Source: Piromyces finnis finn (Eukaryota > Fungi > Neocallimastigomycota). Taken from it: a stretch of DNA of 64,000 nucleotides. A program made the position numbers and the translations under genes. The stretch lies in the NCBI GenBank assembly GCA_002104945.1, contig MCFH01000003.1, positions 186,001 through 250,000 on the forward strand, written 5' to 3'. Of this stretch, positions 1 to 18,459 are shown piece after piece. The stretch's first letter is position 1; every line of letters starts with the position of its first letter. The notes beneath the pieces were generated by a model that ran no database searches, had not been told where the DNA came from, and saw only the letters and a program-made list of their open reading frames with translations.

Positions 1-2622
<2,622 letters not shown>

Positions 2623-5187
2623 CTTTAATAATTATATATTAATAAAATAAAGTATTGTTTTTTTTTTTTTTCAAGGTTACAAAAGATTTTATTGATTGAT
2701 TGATTGTTTGATTGAATTTTTTTTTTTTTTGATTAATTAGTATAATAATTTTTATTATTTGTTGATATATATATGAAAATAAATAAATAAAAAGAATAGA
2801 TTAAAGTAATATTCCTGTTTTGTTTTGTTTTTTTCTTTTATGTATGTGTAAACTAATATATTTTCAAAAAGGGTAAATACGTAGACATAAGTAAATCTAA
2901 AAAAATAAATAAAGATTGTATATTAGGATATGATTGTAATGATTGTATTTATCTACAAAATTGAAAAAAAAAAAAAAAAAGTAATGGTTTTGTTGTTGTT
3001 GTTATTGTTGTTAATATATAAACTGATTTATTATTTACAAATTTTTCTTTCTTTTTTTTTAATTGTTGTTGTTTAAAAAAAAAAAAAAGTGATAACTATT
3101 GCACTTTAATAAAAGGTGTGTAATATATAAAAATTTTTCTTTTTATCATTATGTTATTAATAATAATAATAAAAGAAAAAGTTTTTTTTTTCTTTTACTA
3201 TTTAATTTGATTTTAAATTTTTAAATTATAAATCTTTGAAAGAATGGTTCAATTTTAAAGTCAATGTTTCAATCATAATAAAATTGATTTTGAAAAAAAG
3301 TTCCAAAATATTTTTTTTTTTTTTTAATATTAAATTTTTATTCAACTTTAATTTTTATTTTTTTTATTTTTTAAAAATAATTAAATTAAAAAGAGGTTGG
3401 ACAATAAATTAATTTTTTTTTTTTTTGTAAACGATGAACAATAAAAAAAAAAAAAGTTTTTTTAAAAGAAAAAGAAAAAGAAAAAAAGATATTGTATTAT
3501 GTATTTGAACCTTTTAAAAGTAAAAAAAAAAAAAGAAAAAATAGATGTAATAATGATGATTAAAAAAAAAAAAAAAAAAAAAAACTTTAAATATCAAAAT
3601 ATTAATCAAATTAATGAAAAAAAAAAAAACTTTAATAAGAACATTCTTTTTATTGTTAACCAACAACGATAAAACTTTAAATTTAGTAATAATAATTAAA
3701 TAATAACAAATCTCTTTAATTTTAAGTAGATATAAAATTTTCAAAGTAAAAAATCTTATTAAAAGTTTACTTTTTTTTTTTTTTTACATTTCTTTTTTAA
3801 ATATATATATATTTGATACATAAATGTATATATTAAAAGAGCATATAACATTCTTGATAATACGTTACCTTTTAATTTGATACTATTATAAAATTATAGA
3901 ATAAAAATTGACAAACTACAAAAATTGATAATTTGGATTTTTATTAGTAGATAGAAAATATTTGACCTTTAAAAAGAATTTCGTCCATAATCTAAAAATT
4001 AAATACTTTTTTTAAGGGTTTTCTTACACCTATTATTAAAATTAATGAATTAAGTAAAAAAAAAAAAAAAGAATTATAGTCCTAAATAAAACAATTAAAA
4101 TTAATAGTTTATTTTCTTTTAGAAAAAAAAAAAAAAAAAAAAACTTTGTTTTATTATATATTTCAGAATATTTCATTAATAAAAGTAATCGATAATCATT
4201 AAAAAAAAAATATTTTAGTTTTATAAAACATTCTTTATTATTTTTATTATTATTTTTTTTTTGGGGGGGTACGCTTCTATTCTAATTCTAAATCTATAAA
4301 CTTTAAATCAAGTAGTAAATAGAAGAAGGGTTGGTAGGGATGTAACAGTAATAAAATAAATAAATGGTTGGTTTTTATATATAAAAAAAAAGTGTATATT
4401 TGTGGTATTTTTTTTTTACTAGCAAACTGTAAAAAAAATATATATATATAAAGATTCAAAAAAAAAAAAAAGATACTTTTTATTTTTTCGTTTTTTTTTT
4501 TTTTTTTAAATGAAATTTATAATTTTTATTATTTTTGATTATTTTTTTTTATTATAAATAAATTAATATTTTTTTTTAAAAAAAAAAAAAAAAAAAAAGA
4601 TGAATGTTTAAAGATAAAAAAAAAAACTTAAATTCTATTATAAACAATTTTTTTTTTTTTTTAATTAGGATTTTGGGAAAAAAAAAATATTTATATTTAT
4701 ATACTTATATGTCATGATATTTAGATGAATTATATAAAATAGTATTATATACTTTTAAATATGTATAAATGTATATTAAAACATATTTTAATCTATAATT
4801 TTTTTTTTTCTCAATGATTTTATTAGAAAAAAAAAAAAAGGTTCGTAAAAAAAGATAAATAATATTTAATAATGGTGATAGGGAAAGGAAGAAAAAAAAA
4901 CTTTTTTTCAACTTTTTTTTTTTTTTGTTTATAAAAGATATATTGTAATTTTTAATTTATATCAACCATATAGAGATACTTTTTGTTGATAGAAACAAAA
5001 AAAAAAAATCAATTATTTATCTTGATTAAAAATTCTATAGATTTTTATACGAATCCTTTTTGTTAATGTATTGTTGATTTATTAGTATGATTAGGATTAT
5101 AATTATTATTCACTGATAGGTGTAAATAAAAGTAAAAGAATTAAAAAAAAAAAAATAAATTAAATTTCAATCTAGTGATCATAAAAA

Positions 5188-8100
5188 CTAGTCATCACAA
5201 TGAGCTATATAATAATCCATATTTCTTTTTTCTTCATGAAGAATGGATAAAACTGAATTCTTATTTCTTGTATGGATTACTTTTTGGTTAAGGTTATCTT
5301 GGTAGAATTCAAATTCAAAAGAGGTAAGCTTTTGTTCAAGATTCATCATGTATGGATCTCTTCTGGATGGTAAAGCATCATCCATGTATCTAGATGAAGC
5401 ATTATTATGATTATATTTATTTGGTCTTGGTAGGGATTTTGAACGGTAATGAGCATTGTTGTTTGATCTGTCCATTGATCTTTCCCTACTACTACTCTTT
5501 CCAATTCTTTCTGAACTATTATATGGATAATCTGCACTATTTGCGGTAATAGCATCACCATTAGATCTATTTCTTTGATGATGAGGTGGTGGTATAGGTA
5601 ATGGATGATCATTCGAGATCTTTGGTTTTGTCATATTACTTTCAGAGTTTGCTTCTTGACGTTCATTATTGGCAAAGGAAGCTGCATTCATTGACCTATT
5701 TCTTTTGTGGAAATGTTTACGTTGTAATGTCATGGTATTCAATGGAATAACATCAGTACCACCTAAAATATCTGGTGGAACTAAAACTGCTTTTTCAACT
5801 GGTGGTAATACCTTGGCATCTTGTGGGAAACGTGTTGATTTTGGTGTTGGTGGAGTAGCTACAGCATGACCAAAGACAGTTAACTGTGGTGGTCTTACTG
5901 GTGTCGTTGGTACACTTTCACCAAAGGATGAAATACTGGCATTATCACTTCTTAACGTATTTCGTGACATGGATGGGAATTGTGGGATATTGATATCACT
6001 AGCTGAATTAATCATAGACTTACGACTCTTCGTTGACTTCTTTCCCTTCAAACTTTGTGATTTATTAATTTCCGGTGAGGTCATGACCGATGATGACAAT
6101 TTGGTGGAACTTACTGAGTTGGCATTCTTTAAAATAGATTTTGGTTGTGGACTTTTACCAGAAAAGGATGAACTTTTGGTGAGAGAGGATGGACTCATGA
6201 CCATTAAACTATTGCTTTTACTGATACTTACTTCATTATCACTATCAAAGGTGTTGGAATGCTTAATACTGTTTGATGGTACTCTTTCCAATTTATCACT
6301 ATGTCTATCATCGACGGTGTTGGAATGCTTAATACTGTTTGATGGTACTCTTTCCAATTTATCACTATGTCTATCATCGACGGTGTTGGAATGCTTAATA
6401 CCGTTCGATGGTACTCTTTCCAATTTATCACTATGTCTGTCATCGACGGTGTTGGAATGCTTAATACCGTTCGATGGTACTCTTTCCAATGTCACAGTTG
6501 CAAATTTAGATTTTCCAGAGTGATGACGTTCCAATGTTTGCATACCAGATGGTATATTCTCCATGGTTATATTGGAAGATTTATGGTTTAGTAATGGGGA
6601 TTCAATTATACTATGCTGTGACATTTCCATCATGCTGTGTTGTGACATTCCAGGAGTTCCAACATTACTATATTGAGACATACCCGGTGTACCAACATTA
6701 CTACGTTGAGACATACCTGGAGTAGTTCCAGTATTACTATGAACAGATTTATTTGAAGATTTATGTTGTAAATTTGGTGTGTAACCACTTGGTGTGGATG
6801 GTCTAACAATACTTGGAGATTGTTTGATACTACCTCTTGAATCATAAAGATTTGGTGTACCATGAGCAGATCTTGGTGTTTTAGGGGTGGAAGGACTTTT
6901 TAATATACCGGAATAATCCATAATCAATGGATTAACATTAACATTTGTAAAGGATTCGTGAGTTGGGGAGGTAATAGTAGCTCTTTTCATATTCTTACGT
7001 GAATTGGTTGGAGAAGTGACTAAAGATTGATGTTTAGTGGTAGGAGATTTAATGGAATGAGCAGATCTTGGTGTTACCGGTGAATTTATAATAGAATTAT
7101 CATTCTTGAAGGAATAATTCTTGGAAATATTGGCAAAGCTTTGATTTTGATTTTCACTATCACTGGAATCCTTTGAATCGTGTCTTGCAACAGAATTGTT
7201 AATTAAACTTGTATTCAATGCTACTTCTGATTCATAACCATTTGTTGGTGTATGTGTGGCATGACTATCACTGAATGGATTTACAGCTTGATTCTTGTTT
7301 TTATTTGTGACGATATAAAGATTGCTACCATTTGGTGTTGATACTGTAACTGGACTAGATGGTGTGGTCGTTGAATTATTTTGATAATATTTGGTAGTTG
7401 GGGTGGATGGACTGTTGCTATAAGGCATATTATTAAAGGTTTGTTTAGATTCAAAAAGAAGGGCATTTGTATTCACAGGAGAGAGTATTTCATTACTAAA
7501 TGACATATTCGGTACATGTCTAGGACTTTTAAAACTAGTATTTACTTTACTGTTAGAATCATAATTCCAACTATCATTTACGGCCTTTGTGTAAAGTGCT
7601 TCTGCAGTAGTTACAGTAGCACTCATTGGTTGAGCATCAATACTTTTTTGTGCCATTGCTCTAGGAGATTTAATATATAACTCACTACCAGATCCTAACT
7701 TTGAAACAGGTCTCTTACTAAAGGAATTATCAGCAACACTCTCATAGTTAATGGTGGAATTATTATTGTTTGTGAAGGAAACTTCAGTAGATTCAAAGAT
7801 ATGACTAGTATTATTTTTACTAAATAATTCTGATCCACTAACATTTGATTGATTATTCACTAAACTTGTTTGACTTTGGGAGGCCATATCATTTCTATAA
7901 ATATTAGAAGTATTAATTTTAGGAGAATTTATTTTTCTTTTGTTTTCTATGAGAATACTATCCATGTTTGGCATATTATCTACATTACGACTCTTGGAAT
8001 ATACATTTGAATCTGCTACTGAGCCTTGACCTTGAAGAGATGAATTAGTCATGGAACGATAACTTGAATAATTTTCATCCCTTAATTTATCATATCCTTG

Positions 8101-8712
8101 ATTATCCGTTGAACTTCTTTCTTCCCTAATTTTTCCCTTTTTTGGTTTTTTACAACACATTACTAAACCTATTATGATTAATAATATTAATACAATACCA
8201 CCAGCAAATGAACCAATGAATATATTTTTTGATACGCCAAATTTTTGTTGAAGATTATCTAAAAAATTATTAACTATATTACTATTATTGTTGTTATTAT
8301 TTGTATTTGTATTATTATTTGCTTCTGTGTTGATGGCAGCATTAGATTGAAAAACATTTGTAGATTGTGATGGTACAATCGATGTAGTTGTCGTTGCTGT
8401 AGTGGGTACTTTTATATTTTGTGAATCTTTATTGATATTTTCATTAGTAGTTACTTCAGCATCATTTGTACCTAAACTATTATTACTATAACTATTATCA
8501 TTATTTACTGTTTCTTGATATACTACTCTACTATTTCCAGTATTACTTTGATATATAATTTTTTCATTGCTACATTTTATGCATACTTGACTACAAGTAG
8601 CACAACTTTTACTAGCTTTATTGGGATCACATATAGGAGTATATCCTCCACTACATTTATTTGAAGTATTAGAACATGTAACACCTTTATAACATGAATT
8701 TACTAAAGACAT
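5188..8712 (-). CDS. Hypothetical 1174-aa single-pass membrane protein: N-terminal 8-Cys module, N/T/S-rich stalk, one TM helix, ~985-aa Ser/Thr/Pro-rich disordered tail
   Basis: Uninterrupted 3.5-kb ORF in AT-rich DNA. Eight Cys in the first ~48 aa. Hydrophobic IFIGSFAGGIVLILLIIIGLVMCC followed by basic KKPKKGK. No family recognised. Confidence 0.85.
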   Translation of the reverse strand: MSLVNSCYKGVTCSNTSNKCSGGYTPICDPNKASKSCATCSQVCIKCSNEKIIYQSNTGNSRVVYQETVNNDNSYSNNSLGTNDAEVTTNENINKDSQNIKVPTTATTTTSIVPSQSTNVFQSNAAINTEANNNTNTNNNNNNSNIVNNFLDNLQQKFGVSKNIFIGSFAGGIVLILLIIIGLVMCCKKPKKGKIREERSSTDNQGYDKLRDENYSSYRSMTNSSLQGQGSVADSNVYSKSRNVDNMPNMDSILIENKRKINSPKINTSNIYRNDMASQSQTSLVNNQSNVSGSELFSKNNTSHIFESTEVSFTNNNNSTINYESVADNSFSKRPVSKLGSGSELYIKSPRAMAQKSIDAQPMSATVTTAEALYTKAVNDSWNYDSNSKVNTSFKSPRHVPNMSFSNEILSPVNTNALLFESKQTFNNMPYSNSPSTPTTKYYQNNSTTTPSSPVTVSTPNGSNLYIVTNKNKNQAVNPFSDSHATHTPTNGYESEVALNTSLINNSVARHDSKDSSDSENQNQSFANISKNYSFKNDNSIINSPVTPRSAHSIKSPTTKHQSLVTSPTNSRKNMKRATITSPTHESFTNVNVNPLIMDYSGILKSPSTPKTPRSAHGTPNLYDSRGSIKQSPSIVRPSTPSGYTPNLQHKSSNKSVHSNTGTTPGMSQRSNVGTPGMSQYSNVGTPGMSQHSMMEMSQHSIIESPLLNHKSSNITMENIPSGMQTLERHHSGKSKFATVTLERVPSNGIKHSNTVDDRHSDKLERVPSNGIKHSNTVDDRHSDKLERVPSNSIKHSNTVDDRHSDKLERVPSNSIKHSNTFDSDNEVSISKSNSLMVMSPSSLTKSSSFSGKSPQPKSILKNANSVSSTKLSSSVMTSPEINKSQSLKGKKSTKSRKSMINSASDINIPQFPSMSRNTLRSDNASISSFGESVPTTPVRPPQLTVFGHAVATPPTPKSTRFPQDAKVLPPVEKAVLVPPDILGGTDVIPLNTMTLQRKHFHKRNRSMNAASFANNERQEANSESNMTKPKISNDHPLPIPPPHHQRNRSNGDAITANSADYPYNSSERIGKSSSRERSMDRSNNNAHYRSKSLPRPNKYNHNNASSRYMDDALPSRRDPYMMNLEQKLTSFEFEFYQDNLNQKVIHTRNKNSVLSILHEEKRNMDYYIAHCDD
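6250..6490 (-). repeat. Coding tandem repeat, 66-bp unit x ~3.7 (LERVPSN[G/S]IKHSNTVDDRHSDK)
   Basis: GTGTTGGAATGC recurs at 6251, 6317, 6383 and 6449. Copies are nearly identical. Confidence 0.95.
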
Positions 8713-11700
8713 TTCGATTCTTCACTATTAAATAATATTAATTTAATATTATGAGAGTTTAAATTATTTTTTATAAATATAAATTCTTTTTTGTTTTTTA
8801 AAATTATCTACCTTTTTTTATTTAATAAAAAAAAGAAAAAAAATTTTTACAACCGTATTTTGTTTTTATTATAATTATATATGAATTTTTTATTTATTAA
8901 ATGTATTTACTCTGAAAAAAAAACTATTGTTTCATATTTTCTATATATAATTATAATAATTTTTTTTAATTTTAAATATAATTTTAAAATTGATTTATAT
9001 GTTTTATAATTTACAACTATTATCTACTTTTTTTTTTAAATATAATTATAAAACATGAAAATATAAAAATGTATTTTCTATATAAATTTTCACTATATAT
9101 TTATGTTTCTAATGCTTTTAACTATCTATTTATTATATATTGAAAACTATTTATTTTTAAGGAAAATATTATTCATTCTTTATTTATATTGTTTAATATT
9201 ATTGACAAAAGTTTTTTTTTTTTTTTTTTTTGTTGAAGTGAAAAGTTTATATATAACAATTATTAATTATTATGTTGTAAAACAATGTTAACCCTTTAAT
9301 GATTAAACTATATTTTTTATTTTTATTTATCTTTTTATGATAGAAAGAATAGGATTTTTATTAAATTCAATAAAAATAATAATAATATAAAATAGATTGA
9401 AACTATGTTTTTTTCTATTTAATACTTTATATATCTTGATAACATTGTTTATATAAAAGAGAATGAAAAAAAAAATATTTTATTATATATTTAATATTAA
9501 AATAGTATAATATCTTTTATTATTTTTTCTCTCTTTCTTTTTAGCACAACTTTTCTTTGTGGTTGTTGTTTTTGTTAGTGTTGATTAAATCTTGATGATG
9601 AAGATTTAAAAATAAATTATATATATTTATTTATATACTTCTATATAAATATATATAAATAAATAATTAAAAAAAAGAGTAAAAGAAAAAAGAAAAAAAA
9701 AAATAAATAAATAAAAAAGTTTTTTCTTTCTATATAAATAATAATAATTAAACTTTTATATATAAAAAAAATGATGAAATCTTTTAAAAAAAATTTCTAA
9801 TATTTTTTTATTATAAAAATACCAAGATTACTTTTTTGAAATAATTTAAATCTATTGAATTAATATATTAAAAAGATTATATACAATATATTAAATATAT
9901 TTATAATTATATTATTCTATTATATCAATAAAAAACAATAAGAATTAAAAACTTTAATAAATATAAAATGGTGTAAAAGAAATTAATTTAACATTTACTA
10001 TAAAAAATAAAATTTAATATAATTTTTAATATAAAAATTTATTATTAGTTTCTATATAATTTGTAATATATTATTTTATTTTTATTAATATATTGAATTG
10101 AAAATAGAATCAACGATTTGTTGCGTCGTATATTAAAAATCTATCAATTAATATTATACTTTAATAATTACTTTTTATTATTGTACTACCTACTTTTTTG
10201 TATATTCAAAATATGATTCGTCAATTAATATTAATTGTAAAATTAAATTGTATCACTATAAAACTTTATTTTATAATAAATGGTTTTTTTGTTATCCTTC
10301 AATAATTCTCACGAATTTTATCAAAATTTCAACCATAAAAGAATCATCATCATCACTACACCATTATCTTTAGAAGAAATGTTTTTTTTTTCAAGTAATT
10401 AAATTAACAATTAGAATATTGGTATTTTCTTAATTTTGTATTTATTTAACTACTTTGTAAAGTATAATTTGCTATATGCAAAGACTAAATTGATTTAATA
10501 TTGTTCAGGGCAAAATAATCATTACTATTTCAATGATATATAAACTTTATTTGTAGTTTTATAACATTATAAAATGTATTGTGGCTTGTATAACATAGTG
10601 ATCCATTGATTTATCTCTTTTAATATCAAATTTTCTTAGTTTTAAATGTTTTAAACCTTTTTTTTCTCATAAATAAATTAAATTGTGTAACAATTAAATC
10701 ATTTTAATAACTTTATTTATTATTGTTTTTTGAAAAATAAACTAAATTTTGTTTAACATTTATTATTTTTTAAATTAAAAATTTAATTAAAATTTGTTTT
10801 TTTTTTATTTTGATTTTAAAAAATAAAAATTTATTATAATAAGAAAAAAATACTAATAATATTAATAATACTAATAATTGATAATTAATTATTATTACTA
10901 TTTAGAAATAGTGGAATACTATAAATATAAAAAATATATAAACTTAATTGTTTAGACTCACAAAAAAATAGTTTTCTTTATGCATAATTTTATAGATTAT
11001 CACTTTTTTTTTTTTTTCAGATTAATGGTTTTTCTTTTTTTCTTACTTTACTCCAACAACATTTTCCTTTCCCCCCTTTTAAGAAAACTATTGACCAAGA
11101 GGAAAATAGTTAAATAATATTAAAAATTTAGCCAATCCCCATTATATTGACCTAACAAGTTAAAACGTCAAGAAAAAAAAGTAATTATTTAGAGGAGTTT
11201 TTTTTTATAATAAAAATTATATACATTATAATGATATGATATAATATATATAATGAAATATTATGATGATATTATTGTGCCTATTTATATATTAAAAATA
11301 ATAAAAAGTTTTCTTTTACTAATACTTTCCTAAACAAGTTTCATCAAAAGGATTGATAATGATGAATCATAGTTTATAGTAATACAATTCATCATTGACG
11401 TTATTTCTTTAAAAGAAATGAATATAAATCATTTAAAACTAGAGAAATTTACTCTCATTATTTGTAGTTAGAGGAGAATAGAAATAAGAAATTCAAATTT
11501 ATAATATTTTTAAAAGTTTTTGTTTTTTTTTTCTTTTTATTATTTATCATTAAAATTGGCGTTGCTGCTGCTATTATTCAGTATTTATTATTCTTTTTTT
11601 TTTATTATTAGTTTATATTTTCCATCTTCTCTCTTCTCTTCTTTTTCTTCAGCAAAAATAAAAAGAATTTTGTTTTATTTTTGATGCATTTCGACACACC

Positions 11701-12748
11701 TTTATAAAACTTTAATCATTAAAAAATAAATTAAATAAACGATAATAATAATAGTTTTTTATTTTAATTTAAATAAAAAACTATTATTATTATGGTTTAT
11801 TTTTTATTTAAATTAAAACATAAATTATTTTATGATACACTTTTCATCCATGTAAAATATTAATGTATTAAATTTGTGGCTTGTATCAATTACAAAATAA
11901 AATTGAAAATCCACCAAAAATGTAAACAATTTTCAATTAAAAAAAAAAAATTAAAAGTGACCGTTTCTTTAACATTTTTTTTTTTTCTTAATAAAAGTTA
12001 GGAGGAGAGGTAAATAATAAAAAATTATGTTTTTTCATTATTATGATTTATATTTATTATAAAAAAAAACATTTCTAAAATATAAATTATATAAAAAAAA
12101 AAAAAAGATGGTTTCATAGGTTAGACTACTTTTTTCGGTTAGCGGAACATTTTTTAAATAATATAAATAATGTATATATTATGTATATATTATGTATATA
12201 TTAATATGTATAGGTACGACCAAAATAAATTAAATGCTACATTATTTCATCATGACTCAAATATTAAAAAAATAATAATATATTAAATAAATAAATAAAT
12301 AATAAAATAAATAAATAATTATATAATATTTAAATGAATATATATGTAATAAAATAAATAAATAATATTGAAACACACCTTTACAAAAAGAAAGTTGAAG
12401 GAAAAAAATAAAAAAGTTCAAATTCAGATAGGACGGTATAAATATAATTAAAAAAAAAGTTTTATTTTTATATTAATAATTATTTTTTTTTTGTAATAAT
12501 AATGACATTTTCAAGTCAGATTTTTCTTTTTTTTAAATAAAGAAAAAAGGTATAATTATGGTATATTTAATATTATTATACTAATTAAATACAAAGATAC
12601 ATGACTTTAAAAATTAAAAAAATTAGATTTATTTGAATAATGAATTGTATCATATATAATTCAAAGATATGAAAAAAAAAAAAAAAGTTAATTATTTAAC
12701 CTCTTTTTTTTTTCAAATAAAAGAGAAAATACAGAGAGAAAGTTGTAG

Positions 12749-15420
<2,672 letters not shown>

Positions 15421-16922
15421 TTTTCATATTACAAAAAAAAAAAGGAACTTTATCCATTTTATTGATAGAACAAGAAAGTATAAAAGAATTTTAGAACAAA
15501 AAAAAAAAAAAAAAAAAAAGAATTTTTATATAACAAAAAATAAATTTTTTTTTAATTATAAATATTTTTAAATTTATAAATTTTTTATTAATAAAAGAAA
15601 AAAAAGAAAGAAAGGAATGGATTTAAAAAGTGGAAAAAAAAAAAGACTTTATTTAATGGAAAAGATGTTTTTTTTTTTTATTTTTTATTTACCAATATGA
15701 AGAGTTAATATGCAATGATAATTAAGGACTAACCATTATATCTATATATAAATAATTATATGTTTTTTATTATTATTACTATTAAATACTCAAAAGTTTT
15801 TACTTTTAACCTATTAATTATAATATTAAATATGTAGAATATTATCACATAACTTTTGATAGTATAAGTGTTATATCTAAATTAGTATGGATTTTATAAA
15901 TATATTTAATAATAATTAAAATACAAAAACCTTTTTTATGGTATTTTAATAATCACTAAAGTTATTATTCTTTATTCAATAAATATGTATTTCCTTTATT
16001 CAATATTTAATCTTGTTATTTTTAATATATTCTTTATATCCTTTGGAATGACCATTCATTCATAATACTTTATTTTTGAATAAATCTAGAAATACTCTAT
16101 CCGGTGGTCGGTTAAACGAGAATTTGATAAGGTCAATTTTTAAAGTTTGATAATGATTTTATATATATAATTAATTACAAAAAAAAAAAAAAAAATCGAT
16201 CCTCAAGTAAAGGATTCAAGTGAGTATTAATAAAAGATAGAAAGAAAAAACCAATTCTATTATTAACTTTAGTATTAGTAGAAGGATTTTAGATGAAAAT
16301 TAAGATGGTCAGGGTGAATAAGGATAATAGAAATACGTCATTAATAGGATGGTGTAAATGTATACTTTAAATATATATATATATCATTTACTACCTGAAA
16401 AATGGTGTAACTATAAAATTTTTACGAAATAATAGAGGTGAAATAGTTTTGTTTGGATCTTGTAAATACTTGTAAAATATGGAGAGGAAAGATTGACAAG
16501 AAAGTTGATTGGCAGTAGTGTTGATAGTAATATAAAAATTAGGATTTGTTAAAATTAAAAAGATTAAATGCAATATTTGATTATACATGAAATGAACAAT
16601 AAAGTGAATAAGATTGGACAGACGAGTATCCTTTTTCATGAAATATGTTATTATGGAAATAATTTGATAATAAATTATTTTTATTGATTAAGAAGGGAAG
16701 GTGAATATAAAATTAAAATGGAAAAGAATAATAATACATCATTGAGTAGTTATCGTGAGGTTGGTATGAATCATTAAAATTAGTTTGAGAAGTAAAAAAA
16801 AAAAAAAGATAAATTTAATAATATATATAGAATGTATTATTAAAAATTATAAAATGGTCCATGCCTTGTTAATAAAATAGGTAAAAAAAAAAAAAAAAGC
16901 TAAATTTTCATAATAAATACTT

Positions 16923-16964
<42 letters not shown>

Positions 16965-18459
16965 AATTAATATAGAATTATCTTAACATAGAATTAATGA
17001 TTTAGCGATGTATTATATATAAATATAAAAAATTAAAGTTTTTTTTTTTTATGGTCTTTTCTATATTGAAAGAACATACAAAAAAAAAGTGAGTGTGTTG
17101 TGTTGGTTATATATATATTTTTTAAATATAATTAATATATAATAGTTCGCTTTTAAATAAGTTTAAAAAACACACTCACTAACACACCCACACATACACA
17201 TTCAAATAACAATAAAATCATTAATTAAATCATAATATTATAAAAATTGGTAAAGATAAATTTAATATTTGACACTTTTCAATTTTTTTATTAATAAAAA
17301 TTAAAATGAAATTAGGTATTTATACCCTTTTTTATATATATATATATAATTTAATAATTTCCTTTTTTTAATTTTTTTTTTACTTTAACCATTTTTTGAT
17401 TTATATGTCGAATATTCTATAGCCTAAAAGTATGATTCATTGTATTGTATAAAGATATCCTATCTATCTTGTATTTTATACAGCTGGCTGGATTATGTTG
17501 ACTTTTTTTTTTTTTAATGATAAAAATAGTAAATGGCATGGTAAATTCTGTAACTAACGTATCTTTTAGAAATGAATCTCAAAGTTGTATGATATGAGAC
17601 CTCTTGATTCCTAATAATCAATTTAAATTTAACACTTGAAAACTTTATATAAACAAAGTAGTTTAATAAGTATTTTTATTTATTCTATAATGTATATACT
17701 GCACATGTTTAAATCTCTTATATATAGGAATTCAACTTTGAAATCTTTTTTAGCATTGATCATAACAATAACTTTCAATACTTTTTTTTTTTTATTTTCC
17801 ATATTTTCATAGTATTATTAAATAATGATTAATAAATATCACTATCATCATCATATTAAGGGTAAAAATTTTTTGATTTCTAATAGTATTATATATCTAT
17901 ATTCCTTTTTTTATTCGATTTTTTCAATATAATGATGATTTATTATTAGTTTTTAGTGTTAAATGCACCTTTCTGTATTAATGTTTTTTTTTTCTCTTCT
18001 TTAATTCAATACATCATAAATTTATAATTAGGGTTAGAAGTTTTACAAACCCCTTAAAAATAATGAACCTGTCAAAAAAAAAAAAAAAAATTTTTTTTTG
18101 CGGCTTTAATTCTCCAAACCCATTTTTTAAATCCGCTTTTTTTTTTTTTTTTAATAAAATTGTACTTCCTTTTGGTAGGTGTTTGTATTGTTACGTGATT
18201 TTTTTTTTTTGTCTACTACCACCACCATAAAAACACTAAAAAAAAAAAAAAAAAAATCAATTTCCAATTTATTATTTTAAATTTTTTTTTTATTTTTGAA
18301 AGTTTTAAAAAATAAATTAATTTTTTTTTTTTTTTAAAAAAAGGTATTCAACAACAAAAAAGGTATTTTATTTTTTTCTATAAAAGTAGTAAATTATACT
18401 TTTTTCTAATAAATAAAGAGAAATAAAAGTAAAAAAATAGTTTTTTTTTTTTTTTAATT

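Noticed and set aside
5346-7466. Overlapping antisense and alternate-frame ORFs inside long genes (also within 14315-14859, 19420-20213, 48898-50889, 52742-54457, 59085-59372)
   Set aside because: They are shadows of the real CDS with no independent motifs.
11358-11396. 10-bp perfect inverted repeat AATGATGAAT...ATTCATCATT
   Set aside because: It is short and AT-rich, so expected by chance, and has no transposon or terminator context.
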